Positions 50,718-60,814 are shown, counted from the whole stretch's first letter. The stretch: 63,985 bases of DNA, filler included, from an uncultured Methanosarcinales archaeon (GCA_964550945.1; 7 parts of 7 records of this genome joined end to end with filler, not necessarily neighbours in it); one strand, 5' to 3'. A program made the numbers and translations. The notes: generated from the sequence alone by a model not told the origin.

Positions 50718-50817
50718 NNNNNNNNNNNNNNNNNNNNNNNNNNNNNNNNNNNNNNNNNNNNTTAATTAATTAANNNNNNNNNNNNNNNNNNNNNNNNNNN
50801 NNNNNNNNNNNNNNNNN
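50718..50817. other. Artificial contig linker
   Basis: N44-TTAATTAATTAA-N44. Confidence 0.98.
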
Positions 50818-50947
50818 TTTAAAAAGCACCTATATACTGCAGAAGTGTCAACTAATTACCGAATTATTCATCACTATTTTAAAATAGAAACATTTAAATA
50901 AATGGTGTCCTGAGTGTATAAAACTTAAAAATTTGGGGGAGGATAAA

Positions 50948-51982
50948 ATGGCAGAACCAATAAGAGTGGGTATTAATGGATTTGGAGTTATGGGCAGATA
51001 TTTGTTAAGAGCTTTGCAAAAAGATGTTTCTAGTGGAAAACTAGCTCCTGGGATGGTAGAAGTTGTTGCAGTGAATGATATGTATCCAGTTAGTCAGCTT
51101 TTTCCGTTGCTAGAGCATGATTCTACTTACCTTGGATTCCCGGGTAAATTGGAAACAGATGGTAAAGACATTTTAGTAGATGGTAAAAGAATAAGCATGT
51201 CTGCTGAGAAAGATACTAAGCAGCTACATTGGGCGGATAGAGGAGTTGATATAGTTTATGAGTCAACAGGTGTTTTTGTTGAAAAACCAGGTGTAGAAGG
51301 TCATTTTGAATCTGGAGCTAAAAAAGTAATCTTCTCTGCGCCAAGTGGTTTAGCAGAAATGACCATTGTTATGGGAGTTAATGATAAATCTTATAGTGGG
51401 CAGAGATTAGTCTCGAATGCATCATGCACAACAAATTGTTTAGCACCACTTGCTCAAGCATTGTACGATTCATTTGGAGTTTATACAGGTTTAATGACTA
51501 CAATACATGCATATACTGCTGATCAGAGATTAGTTGATTCGCCCCATAAAGATACAGCGAGAGCGTATGCAGCAGCATTGAACTTTCTACCTACATCGAC
51601 TGGAGCTGCTAAAGCAATTGGCAAAGTTATCTCAGAACTAGATGGAAAGTTAAAGGGCATGTGCATAAGGGGGCCAGTTCCTGTTGGGTCTATAGTTGAC
51701 TTGGTAGTTAACCTAAGTAGAGAAGTCAGCCCAGCAGAGGTAAATGAAGCAATACAAAAAGCTGCTACAGGAAACCTTGAAGGAACCCTTGAGTACAGAA
51801 ATGGCCCTGTTGTATCTACTATGGTACTAGGTTACCCTTTACCTAGTGTATTTGATGCAAGTCAGACAATAACAGTTGGTGTCATGGCAAAAACAATGGC
51901 CTATTATGATAATGTAGCGGGCTATTCTCACCAAGCACTTAGATTAGTTCAATTGATGGGGAGTCATCAGCCTAGCCAATAG
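50948..51982 (+). CDS. gap: Second, divergent type I GAPDH
   Basis: INGFGVMGR, SNASCTTNCLAP, TTIHAYT, PTSTGAAKA and YYDNVAGYS motifs. Confidence 0.88.
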   Translation: MAEPIRVGINGFGVMGRYLLRALQKDVSSGKLAPGMVEVVAVNDMYPVSQLFPLLEHDSTYLGFPGKLETDGKDILVDGKRISMSAEKDTKQLHWADRGVDIVYESTGVFVEKPGVEGHFESGAKKVIFSAPSGLAEMTIVMGVNDKSYSGQRLVSNASCTTNCLAPLAQALYDSFGVYTGLMTTIHAYTADQRLVDSPHKDTARAYAAALNFLPTSTGAAKAIGKVISELDGKLKGMCIRGPVPVGSIVDLVVNLSREVSPAEVNEAIQKAATGNLEGTLEYRNGPVVSTMVLGYPLPSVFDASQTITVGVMAKTMAYYDNVAGYSHQALRLVQLMGSHQPSQ

Positions 51983-52001
51983 GCAAATTATTTTTTCTTT
52001 T

Positions 52002-52151
52002 TTATTTCAGAACTTCGCCGCATTTAAGGCAGATATGGGATGAAAGCCTAGAATCAAATTTAGTGGTTATGTCATATTCTATCTTATTCTTGCACCTAGG
52101 GCACTTTGGTTCCAAAAATGCTGGATCTTCAAACAAGTAGATATTTTCCAT
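52002..52151 (-). CDS. 49-aa zinc-ribbon microprotein
   Basis: MENIYLFEDPAFLEPKCPRCKNKIEYDITTKFDSRLSSHICLKCGEVLK; two CxxC; GGGTG SD. Confidence 0.7.
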   Translation of the reverse strand: MENIYLFEDPAFLEPKCPRCKNKIEYDITTKFDSRLSSHICLKCGEVLK

Positions 52152-52260
52152 GATATAACACCCATGGCGTATTCCTTGGATTAGATGTTTATATACCTTT
52201 CGTTATTATTATAAAAATAAGCGTTAAGTAAAACTATTAACTGATTAGTTTTTTTATCTA

Positions 52261-52394
52261 AGAAAAATCCAGCCATCCTTGGCGGTTGACGGATTTTGCC
52301 TTAAAACACGGCAAAATCCTATTTGTCAAAACAGAACCGTATACTGCGTATACGAACCTGTTTTGCCTCATCAACGCCATGGCTGGATTTTTCT
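52261..52394. repeat. 134-bp branched inverted-repeat element (MITE-like or structured RNA)
   Basis: 15-bp perfect terminal IR AGAAAAATCCAGCCA/TGGCTGGATTTTTCT enclosing two internal hairpins. Confidence 0.8.
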
Positions 52395-52466
52395 GTATAT
52401 ATTAAGCTAAATGATTTGCTTTACAATAAGAAAAGATTTATAAAACTCCAATGATTATAAGGTATT

Positions 52467-53090
52467 ATGGCAAAAAACTTGTTTATTGTCCTTGATGGGA
52501 TAGACGGCTCTGGCAAAGGAGAGCAGATGATAAAGCTGCATAACTACCTTTATGTCAAAAACAAATTCAACAGAATCCTAAGCACAAGAGAGCCGACAAA
52601 TGGAAAATATGGCCAGAAGATAAGGAAGATTCTTGAGAAAGAAAAAGACCCACAGAAAAATGCTGAGCTGTTACTGGATTTATATATAAAAGACAGAAGA
52701 GAACATCTGAAGAACACTATAAATCCTTTCTTGGCAAAATCTATTGCCTCAGAATGCAATATTGTGCTTTGTGACAGGTATTATTACTCAACAATAGCTT
52801 TCCAGCATGCGCAAGGTATAGATGCCAAAATGCTTGTAGAAGCAAATAAAAAATTCAGAAAGCCTGATATAGCATTTATTCTGGATCTGCCTGCTGAGAC
52901 TGCTTTGGCAAGGATTGAAGGCAGAGGAGCCAAAGAAAAATTCGAGAAAAAGGAGTTTATGGAGAAAGTCAGGCGTAATTTCATTGAATTAAAAGAACTG
53001 CTGCCAGACAATATAAACATAATAGATGCAACTGGCTCTATTGAGGAAGTGTTTCAAGCAATTAAAAAAGAATTAGACGCTATCTTATAA
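52467..53090 (+). CDS. tmk: Thymidylate kinase
   Basis: DGIDGSGK, TREP, CDRYYYSTIAFQ and KPD motifs. Confidence 0.93.
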   Translation: MAKNLFIVLDGIDGSGKGEQMIKLHNYLYVKNKFNRILSTREPTNGKYGQKIRKILEKEKDPQKNAELLLDLYIKDRREHLKNTINPFLAKSIASECNIVLCDRYYYSTIAFQHAQGIDAKMLVEANKKFRKPDIAFILDLPAETALARIEGRGAKEKFEKKEFMEKVRRNFIELKELLPDNINIIDATGSIEEVFQAIKKELDAIL

Positions 53091-53552
53091 GAATACTATA
53101 ATCATTAGGAAAAAAATGCAGATTATCAATGCGCCACCTATAGCGCCAAGCATTAAATACAGCTTCTTTTTGTCTGTAGACAATTTTTTAGGAGATTTAA
53201 TGAATAATTGCTTTTCAAATATAGGCTCTCTGGTTATAGGCTCACTAGTTTGATCTTTTTTATTCCTTTTGAATTTAAGAATCACTGCGCCAATTATAAC
53301 CGCTAATCCCAAAATAGCGATAGGGCCTTTCAGGCTGCTGTAATCCCTTTGTATGATTGTTGGCGTAGTCACTTTTTCTATAACAGGGATGTTATGGCAG
53401 GCGAAATCAGAGCCGCAATATTGGTTATCTTTGCACTCTTTATTGCTGCTGCATTCTCTTTGACCCATGTTTACAAGCCAGCCAAGAAATACAATTATAA
53501 TTAGAATAATCACAACAGCAGTTAATCCACCATCAGCTTTCTTTCCTAACAT
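53085..53552 (-). CDS. Membrane protein with class III-like signal and small Cys-rich domain
   Basis: KKA/D-hydrophobic N-terminus; ECSSNKEC...YCGSDFACH; three TMs. Confidence 0.65.
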   Translation of the reverse strand: MLGKKADGGLTAVVIILIIIVFLGWLVNMGQRECSSNKECKDNQYCGSDFACHNIPVIEKVTTPTIIQRDYSSLKGPIAILGLAVIIGAVILKFKRNKKDQTSEPITREPIFEKQLFIKSPKKLSTDKKKLYLMLGAIGGALIICIFFLMIIVFL

Positions 53553-53754
53553 CTTAGCTTAAGAAATAAGATGGTTGTATATAAATCTTTCGATTTTTAC
53601 CACTGTAGAATAGGTACTAACCTGGTGCTAACTTTCTTCCTTTTCCGGCTCTTTCTCCTCTTTTTTGAAAAACCCATCAAGGATAGTATTCTTAATAATT
53701 GTTTTGTAACTGATTCCGTTCTTCTTTTTTAATTGCATTTAACCCTCTTTTTTA

Positions 53755-54183
53755 TTATTGATGGCCGGTGCTTCCAAAGCCACCTTCTCCTCTAGATGTG
53801 TTGTCTAATTCATCAACTTCTTCAATATCAGCTTTTTCAACCTTGTTGATAACCATCTGAGCTATCTTATTATTCTTTTGGATTTTGATGTCTTCTTGGC
53901 CATGATTAATCGCTATGATGCAGACTTCTCCCCTATATCCAGCGTCAATTGTTCCAGGGCTATTTACAATTGACAAGCCATGCTTGATTGCCAAGCCGCT
54001 TTTCGGCCTTATCTGGGCTTCATAACCAAGAGGAACCGCTATTTTTATTCCTGTGCTAATCAATTTTCTTTCACCAGGCTTTAAGATGTAATCTTCTGCT
54101 GAGTAGATATCAAGGCCAGCATCTCCTGGGTGGGCATAGCTGGGCAAAGGAACATCAGAGATGCGCTGGATTTTCAATTTCAT
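53755..54183 (-). CDS. dut: dUTP diphosphatase
   Basis: AGLD, RPKSGLA, GTIDAGYRGE, IAQ and RGEGGFGSTG motifs. Confidence 0.95.
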   Translation of the reverse strand: MKLKIQRISDVPLPSYAHPGDAGLDIYSAEDYILKPGERKLISTGIKIAVPLGYEAQIRPKSGLAIKHGLSIVNSPGTIDAGYRGEVCIIAINHGQEDIKIQKNNKIAQMVINKVEKADIEEVDELDNTSRGEGGFGSTGHQ

Positions 54184-54241
54184 GATTTTTTTGAGCCCTT
54201 CTTATATATAAATAATTGTGAACTGAAAAATATAGTTTATT

Positions 54242-54736
54242 TTACTTAGTTGTGAAATCCATCAAAGGAGTTAGCTTTTCTTCCTTTATTTTCCCATTTG
54301 AGCATAGAATCTTGAAATTCAAAGTATTGAAGCATTGGGTTACATATGTTATATTCCAGACATTGCCCATGTCCAGGCATTGCAGGATGACAATCCTTTT
54401 CAGGGGGCTGTCTTTCTTGTATTTTTTCTGCTGCTGGACTAATGCAATATCCAATGCTTTGTCAAAATCAACTTTAACATTGTTACAATTCAATTTCTTA
54501 ACTTTTGTTGCAGGCTGTTTGAAGACTTCCTGTTCAGGCGTTATTCTAATCTCAGTTTTTTCTATTGTGAATGTGGTCATTGTGCCATTTTTATTATGAT
54601 AGCCAATCTGCCAATCCTTTTCCGGCTCGTCAATCATTATGAAAGCATAAGCCAGATAGCTGTCTTTGTTTGTTTTTTTCCATTCCTTAAAACAAGGTTC
54701 GTTCTCTAATCTTTTTATCAGGTCTTTTATAGCCAT
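54242..54736 (-). CDS. Hypothetical protein (PepSY-like C-terminal pattern)
   Basis: ORF with TATA; WQIGY and VWNITY...NFKI...GKI. Confidence 0.65.
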   Translation of the reverse strand: MAIKDLIKRLENEPCFKEWKKTNKDSYLAYAFIMIDEPEKDWQIGYHNKNGTMTTFTIEKTEIRITPEQEVFKQPATKVKKLNCNNVKVDFDKALDIALVQQQKKYKKDSPLKRIVILQCLDMGNVWNITYVTQCFNTLNFKILCSNGKIKEEKLTPLMDFTTK

Positions 54737-54789
54737 GGCATTTCTACAAAAGATTAATATTTAAATAACTTTGTATTCTTACTATTAAC

Positions 54790-55731
54790 ATGATATCAGA
54801 ACAAAGGAAAAAGGATTTGGAAAGACAAGGATATAGGCTGGTTGGAGGCCATTCTGCTGTTAAGGCATGCCTTTGGACAAAAAAGGCGATCAAGGCAGAG
54901 GGTTTTTGTTATAAAAATACATTTTATGGCATCCAGTCTCATAGATGCGTGCAGATGACTCCTGCATTGGATGTATGCACACACAGATGCTTATGGTGCT
55001 GGCGCGATATTGATTTTACAGAGCCAAAGTGGAGCGGCAAAATAGATAATGCCAAAGATATTGTTGATGGATGTATCAAAGAGTATCTTAAATCACTTGA
55101 GGGGTTTGGGGGAAATAAAAAAACAAACCGGGATAATTATAGAGAATCTTTGAGGCCTTTGCATTTCGCTGTCTCACTTTCAGGAGAGCCTACATTCTAT
55201 CCAAAACTTCCTGAATTGATAAATGAAATAAAAAAAAGAGGGATGACTGCTTTTTTAGTAACCAATGGAACTAACCCTTCTATGCTTAAAAAACTAATTA
55301 AGAACCAGCCAACCCAATTATATCTCACATTAGCTGCGCCGGATGAAGAAACTTACATCAAAGCATGCAATCCTCTGATAAAAGACAGCTGGAAAAAGAT
55401 TAACGAATCTTTATTGTTGATCAAAAAATTCAAAAGAAGCACTATAAGGATGACTTTGGTTAAAAATCTGAATATGATAAAGCCTGAAAAATATGCTGAA
55501 TTGATTGAAAAGGCAAAGCCAGAATTTGTTGAAGCCAAAGCATACATGTGGGTTGGCTATTCAAGGCAAAGGCTAGGGATGGAGGATATGCCGCTTCATG
55601 AAGAAATCAAAGAGTTTGCCAAGGCAATAGCTGATCATTCCAGCTACAAGATAATTGATGAGAAGAAAGAAAGCAGAGTTGTTCTATTGATGAGGAAAGA
55701 TAAAAAAGACAGAATCATTAAATTTGGATGA
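54790..55731 (+). CDS. taw1: 4-demethylwyosine synthase (Taw1/TYW1)
   Basis: HSAVKACLWT, CYKNTFYGIQSHRCVQMTP, CTHRCLWCWR and SLSGEPT motifs. Confidence 0.93.
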   Translation: MISEQRKKDLERQGYRLVGGHSAVKACLWTKKAIKAEGFCYKNTFYGIQSHRCVQMTPALDVCTHRCLWCWRDIDFTEPKWSGKIDNAKDIVDGCIKEYLKSLEGFGGNKKTNRDNYRESLRPLHFAVSLSGEPTFYPKLPELINEIKKRGMTAFLVTNGTNPSMLKKLIKNQPTQLYLTLAAPDEETYIKACNPLIKDSWKKINESLLLIKKFKRSTIRMTLVKNLNMIKPEKYAELIEKAKPEFVEAKAYMWVGYSRQRLGMEDMPLHEEIKEFAKAIADHSSYKIIDEKKESRVVLLMRKDKKDRIIKFG

Positions 55732-56311
55732 TTTTGCCAAAAGGCCCTGGATTGATTATTTTTGTCTTTCTGATGAAATCTGATTTTTCCTTGTTTTCAT
55801 GCAGATGGCCGCAGATAACTAAAACGGGCCTGAATTTCTTTACAAACCTTGTAATTGACTTGCAGCCGCAATAAATGCCATTTATCTTATCCACTTTTGT
55901 GCCGTATGGGGGAGCATGCGTTACTAATACTATCTTTTGGTGTTTTAGGTCTTTTTTATGCCTCTTTGCTGATTTTTCAAAATCCTTGTCTATTGTTGAA
56001 AAACCTCCTCCGCCATAGCCAAAAAAAACCAAATCATTTTTTCTTACAACTTTGTCATGTATAAACTCAATGTTCTTGAATAATGAGCAAGCTGCTTTCA
56101 TGCTTTTAATAGATTCGTGGTTTCCGTTAATAATCAAAATAGGTATGTTTAATCTGTTTAGGATGGAGAGCAGATAATCCAGGCTATGCTCAAAAATAGT
56201 AAGATCGCCTGCGCAAACAATTAAGTCTGGCTTTTCTTTTTTCGCTTTTTGCTTTATCTTGCCCAGGGCAGATAATGAATTGTGAAGGTCGACAAAGGCT
56301 AGGATTTTCAT
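55718..56311 (-). CDS. Calcineurin-like metallophosphoesterase
   Basis: DLH, GD, GNHE, THAPP, GHLHE and INPG motifs. Confidence 0.9.
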   Translation of the reverse strand: MKILAFVDLHNSLSALGKIKQKAKKEKPDLIVCAGDLTIFEHSLDYLLSILNRLNIPILIINGNHESIKSMKAACSLFKNIEFIHDKVVRKNDLVFFGYGGGGFSTIDKDFEKSAKRHKKDLKHQKIVLVTHAPPYGTKVDKINGIYCGCKSITRFVKKFRPVLVICGHLHENKEKSDFIRKTKIINPGPFGKIIQI

Positions 56312-56426
56312 TGCAAGTTTTGGAAGGATTTTGCTTATATTTAAACTCTTTGGAATAAATTAGTTACTAAATAATGGTAAAAAAATAGAAAGGTTTAAAA
56401 ATAAGGCAATAACGACTAAATTTGAT

Positions 56427-57005
56427 ATGGAAGAACATCATCAATTTAGCGGTCCAGTCCAAGATGTCTTGACTGCTATGATTGCTTTAATGGAAAGTGG
56501 AAGAGTTAAGAGGAATTTTCTAAACCTAGGTTACTTTGGAGATACTGTTCATCTGACAGCAGATATACTTGTTACAACTGGAAAGCCAGCAGATGCTTCT
56601 GAATTAGAGGCAGTTGTTGGTGGTTCTGTTCCTGTTATGGTGGGAGTTAATGAAACAACAATAGAATCAAGAGGGAGATTTGTTGTGCCAGCAAGATATC
56701 AAGATGCTCTACGGAAAGCATATGGTGATAGGCCTGAATTTGTTGTCTTGTTGTATGCAGCAAACCACGAGCTTGTTTTGGCGCCATCTAAGGTGTATGG
56801 TGGGAGAGCACTGGATGTACTAAAGGGAACGTTTCAACCAAATCAGCCTGACTTGATAAATACTGTATATATGGATGCTCAAGGCCGTGTCAATCTCGGT
56901 GTAAGAACAGCTAGCATGTTGGGAACAAACAAACTGCAGGTTCTTGGTAAAGGAGATCCTTACCTAATTTTACATTATCAACCAGAAGAGCCAACCAGGC
57001 CATAA
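56427..57005 (+). CDS. MraZ-like tandem SpoVT/AbrB protein with N-terminal extension
   Basis: Two D/ExxGR repeats: IESRGRFVVPARY and MDAQGRVNL. Confidence 0.55.
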   Translation: MEEHHQFSGPVQDVLTAMIALMESGRVKRNFLNLGYFGDTVHLTADILVTTGKPADASELEAVVGGSVPVMVGVNETTIESRGRFVVPARYQDALRKAYGDRPEFVVLLYAANHELVLAPSKVYGGRALDVLKGTFQPNQPDLINTVYMDAQGRVNLGVRTASMLGTNKLQVLGKGDPYLILHYQPEEPTRP

Positions 57006-58174
57006 TAATCCTCTAAAACAATCTTATCCATATCTTCCAAATCTTTACAAACATACAACCTTCCTTCTCCAATCTCGACAATCTTCTTTGCCAGCTCTTC
57101 TCCTTTTTTATCCAGATTAATGCCTATGACAGAGATAGTTATTTTATTGCTTCTGGCTTTTGAGCAGGCTTCAAGGACTTCTTCTTCAGGGTTTTTGCCG
57201 ATTGTTGGCAAAGCATCTGTTAGCAGTATCAAATGCTTTGTGACTTCTTTTGCTGGAAATAATTCAACTGCTTTTTCTATTGTTTTTGTGATATTTGTTT
57301 CTTTAGACGCCATTATTTTTGTTATTTCTCTTAGTAATAATCTAAAATCATCTGTTGGCGCAATAACTTCTTTTACGTCTGTTCCAAATACAATAAGGCC
57401 AACCTTGTTTTTTTCCTCAATCGCTTTGTATGCCAGAGCAACCCCTGCTTTTTTGCATGTGTCTATTTTTTTCCCTTTCATGCTGCCAGAAGCATCTATG
57501 CCATAAACTATGTAGATTGAGCCTCTGCTGTGCCTTTCCAATGTTTTGAGGTCTTGTTCTGCTAATTCCCTATGGTTCCTTCTTATCGCCAGCTTTATAG
57601 AGCTCTTTAATGCCAAATCCCTATAACGGTCGCTTCTTTTGAACTGCTTGACATCTTTTGCATCACCATACACAGAATATTTTTTGTGAATCTTTTCACC
57701 CAGCATCCCTCTGGGTATAATATTGTCAAGCTCCTCTCTGTATAAAACCAGCGAAGCTAACTCAATGCCTTTTTCTGAGAATCGGTTGTCATCATCAATA
57801 AGATTTTTATCTTTCAGCTCTTCAATCTTCTCTGCTATCTTTTTCTTTAGCTCTCTTTGGAATTCAGGAATGTGGATATTTTTTTTGATATAACTTGGAT
57901 TGTAGCCTGTTAACAGCTTCAGCAAACTTTCACCAAAAATACTTTCAGCCATGCTGTAGCTTTTGCAGAGCTGCTCAAACATCATATCCGGCACAAACGA
58001 AGAAATGCCCTGGTTAATCGAATCCTTGATTAATTTGCCTTCTTCTATTGTCTTTTTGTCGTTTTCCAATACAGAATGCATTAACTTATCTTCAACATTC
58101 TGCTTAGAAAGCTTTCCAGTTAGCTCTTCAGCTTTTGAAAATGATCTTATTTCCGGGCTGTTACCGGCAATCAC
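56978..58174 (-). CDS. VWA domain protein (chelatase subunit D / MoxR partner-like)
   Basis: MIDAS DASGSM, T and LTD motifs. Confidence 0.88.
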   Translation of the reverse strand: MIAGNSPEIRSFSKAEELTGKLSKQNVEDKLMHSVLENDKKTIEEGKLIKDSINQGISSFVPDMMFEQLCKSYSMAESIFGESLLKLLTGYNPSYIKKNIHIPEFQRELKKKIAEKIEELKDKNLIDDDNRFSEKGIELASLVLYREELDNIIPRGMLGEKIHKKYSVYGDAKDVKQFKRSDRYRDLALKSSIKLAIRRNHRELAEQDLKTLERHSRGSIYIVYGIDASGSMKGKKIDTCKKAGVALAYKAIEEKNKVGLIVFGTDVKEVIAPTDDFRLLLREITKIMASKETNITKTIEKAVELFPAKEVTKHLILLTDALPTIGKNPEEEVLEACSKARSNKITISVIGINLDKKGEELAKKIVEIGEGRLYVCKDLEDMDKIVLEDYYGLVGSSG

Positions 58175-59216
58175 CCATTTCAGTTTTTGTGTTAGTGTCA
58201 GGGAAATCCTTAAACCTTCCTTTGCTATTCTCTTCCAGGAATTTATTAAATGACTCTTCTATAAACTCAGCAGAGCTCTTTAGGTATTTAATGCTCGGCT
58301 TTAATTCTATGCGATGGCCTAAAACAGAAATGACTGCTTCTTTAATATCTTCTAAGGTTACATCCCTCTTGTTTAAGAAGGCGTTTGCCTGGGCCCGTTC
58401 ATACAATCCAATAGACGCCCTTACACTTGGCTTTTTCAGTATTCTTTCATCTTCTCTTAATAATCTGATAAAGTAGATAACAAGAGCCAATAGCCTATCA
58501 GGAAACTTAACACCAATCTTTTCAGATTTTTCAAGTACAATCTCTTTTTCAATCTCCAATGTTTCTGGGTAGCCCATATAGAGGAAATCAAACCTGTCAA
58601 CAAAGACATCGCTGAGCTTTTCTGTGCTGGAGTCCTGGGGATTCATTGTCCCGATGAAAATAAAATCAGCTGGAAAATCAACATCATAGCTTCCGATTGT
58701 CGCTTTTTTTTCTTCAAGAACCTGTAGCAAAGCATTCTGCAATTTTTCAGGGCATCTGTTGACTTCATCGAAGAATAAAATTCCGTTGTTAGCCTTGAAT
58801 ATTTTTCCCGGAGTGAACGCTTCTATGCTTAATGGGCCGAATTTTAATGCTTTTATCGGGTCTATATCTCCGATTAAATCTTCAGCAGTCAGGTCAGGGC
58901 TTCCCTGTATCCTTATGAAGCGCTGCTCTCCCATAATCTTTTTTGTTTTAAATGATTTTTTTGACTGGCATTGGGGGCAGATAGAATTTTTTGGGCTGCA
59001 GTTGTATGAGCAGTCATCAATTATTTCTATCTCAGGCAGCAATTTCGCAACATTCTTTGCTAAAGTGGTTTTTCCAATTCCAGGAGGCCCGACTATTATA
59101 ACGTGGTGGTTCATCAAGAGAGCTGACTTAAGGCTGTTTTTAATAGAATCCTGGCCAAGTATGTCTGTAAATGGGTCTTTCTGCTCTAAAAATAGTTTCT
59201 TTAGTTCTTTGAACAT
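58161..59216 (-). CDS. AAA+ ATPase (ChlI/MoxR-like)
   Basis: GPPGIGKT, FFDEVNR, QNALLQVLEE and TMNP motifs. Confidence 0.9.
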   Translation of the reverse strand: MFKELKKLFLEQKDPFTDILGQDSIKNSLKSALLMNHHVIIVGPPGIGKTTLAKNVAKLLPEIEIIDDCSYNCSPKNSICPQCQSKKSFKTKKIMGEQRFIRIQGSPDLTAEDLIGDIDPIKALKFGPLSIEAFTPGKIFKANNGILFFDEVNRCPEKLQNALLQVLEEKKATIGSYDVDFPADFIFIGTMNPQDSSTEKLSDVFVDRFDFLYMGYPETLEIEKEIVLEKSEKIGVKFPDRLLALVIYFIRLLREDERILKKPSVRASIGLYERAQANAFLNKRDVTLEDIKEAVISVLGHRIELKPSIKYLKSSAEFIEESFNKFLEENSKGRFKDFPDTNTKTEMGDCR

Positions 59217-59257
59217 TTTGCTAAAGGAAAAGATAAGGTGATTTATAAAGATGACTC

Positions 59258-60304
59258 TTATTTAGGCCTATTCTGCGGCAGCTTGTTTTCTTCCCCTATA
59301 CAATAGCAGTTAGGGGCAGTAGGATTCCTCCATAAAAACTGATCGCCTGCGGCTTTATAGGTCCTCCATGGCCTTGCATTAGCTGGGAGATCTGGATCTA
59401 CTTTGAATCCAAAAGGCTGAGTTCTTACTTTATGCGCTCCTTTAGAGAAATCTCCATCTCCCAAAGTCTCAAAATGTTGAATTGTCCTAATCCATGTGTC
59501 TGCTGCTATATCTTCTGGAGTCACAATAGTTGTTATTGGATAACTATTTTCTACAGACTGGTCAGCCCATACATCAGTTAGGATTATGGCCCTGTCGTTG
59601 CTTATTCTAAGCCTCTTGCATATGTCTGTGTATAGTTTTCCAGCAACTGTGTGTTTGTCTTCAGTCCCTTGCCTATATATACCCGGTACTGAATAAATGC
59701 CATCAATTAAGCCAAGTAATTCGTCTCCATATCTACCAACTTTTTTCATAAGGTCAAAACTGGCTGATGTAATTATTAGAGCATATCTGTGGACTCCTAA
59801 TTCTTGGTTTCTGGTGGCATAATGATTTAGAAATTCCATGGTATGTTTTCTTAAGCCACCGTTTACTTCCATTGTTCCGTCCCAATCAAGGAAAATTACT
59901 ATTGGATTGTTCCTGATCCCTGCAGCGCGTACCTGATGCAGTGTGTAAGGCATTGGTGTGACTTGGAAATGCACCATTGCGCTATTGCCCTCAAATTCTC
60001 GACTAGTAATATCTTCAATACTTTTTCCATCTTTTAATTCTGCCATAACATGATAAAAAAATGCTTCCATAATGAATGAATTATCGTAAAACACTTGAGC
60101 CTCTTCTCTTAGCTGGCGATGCCCCATTGTAGCTGCTTTTTTGACTAAGTCACCTAGATTATCTACTAAACCAATTGCTTGCAGAGGGTTCATATTTAGA
60201 GGTTCATCTTGAGGAGTTAGCTTTCTAGGGACGCTGCCTCTTTGGCTAAAGAAGCTTTCATACAGTTGTGCAAACCCTTCAGTTCTCATTTTTGGAAATT
60301 TCAC
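59258..60304 (-). CDS. Hypothetical protein with HAD-like motifs
   Basis: IFLDWDGT (motif I), ITS, GK and LTD...D. Confidence 0.55.
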   Translation of the reverse strand: MKFPKMRTEGFAQLYESFFSQRGSVPRKLTPQDEPLNMNPLQAIGLVDNLGDLVKKAATMGHRQLREEAQVFYDNSFIMEAFFYHVMAELKDGKSIEDITSREFEGNSAMVHFQVTPMPYTLHQVRAAGIRNNPIVIFLDWDGTMEVNGGLRKHTMEFLNHYATRNQELGVHRYALIITSASFDLMKKVGRYGDELLGLIDGIYSVPGIYRQGTEDKHTVAGKLYTDICKRLRISNDRAIILTDVWADQSVENSYPITTIVTPEDIAADTWIRTIQHFETLGDGDFSKGAHKVRTQPFGFKVDPDLPANARPWRTYKAAGDQFLWRNPTAPNCYCIGEENKLPQNRPK

Positions 60305-60400
60305 TCTGCCTACTAGCTAGCAAGCCAGTTTAGAATTTCTTTAAAGGAGATTAATCACTATTCTTTTTTAAATCTTTCTGTTTTATATATTTTATATAAA

Positions 60401-60644
60401 TTATAAGACTCTGAGAATCCAGATTACGCATGCTGCAACAAAAGGAACAACAACATTATCATCAATCTTCCATTCAATGCCTTCTGCAATCATGGCAATA
60501 AATGAAGCTAAGAATGCTTCTATTGGGCTGACAAAAAACAAAGCGCCAATAAATCCAGATATTCCTCCTGCTAATACCCCTTCAAACTTCTTTTTTTTAG
60601 TGAAAAGATGGGGTATCCTTCCAAGGCTGCCAACAATAGGGCTT
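60401..60644 (-). CDS. Dolichol/phytol kinase (CTP-transferase) family membrane protein, C-terminal part
   Basis: Minus strand reads GRIPH...KKFEGVLAG...AE...IDDNVVVP. Confidence 0.75.
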
Positions 60645-60744
60645 NNNNNNNNNNNNNNNNNNNNNNNNNNNNNNNNNNNNNNNNNNNNTTAATTAATTAA
60701 NNNNNNNNNNNNNNNNNNNNNNNNNNNNNNNNNNNNNNNNNNNN
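60645..60744. other. Artificial contig linker
   Basis: N44-TTAATTAATTAA-N44. Confidence 0.98.
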
Positions 60745-60814
60745 ACGGGTTACGTGGGTTAATAAATATTCTTAGAACTTAGATTCAGGACAGAGCCTAA
60801 AGCTAAAAAAGAAA

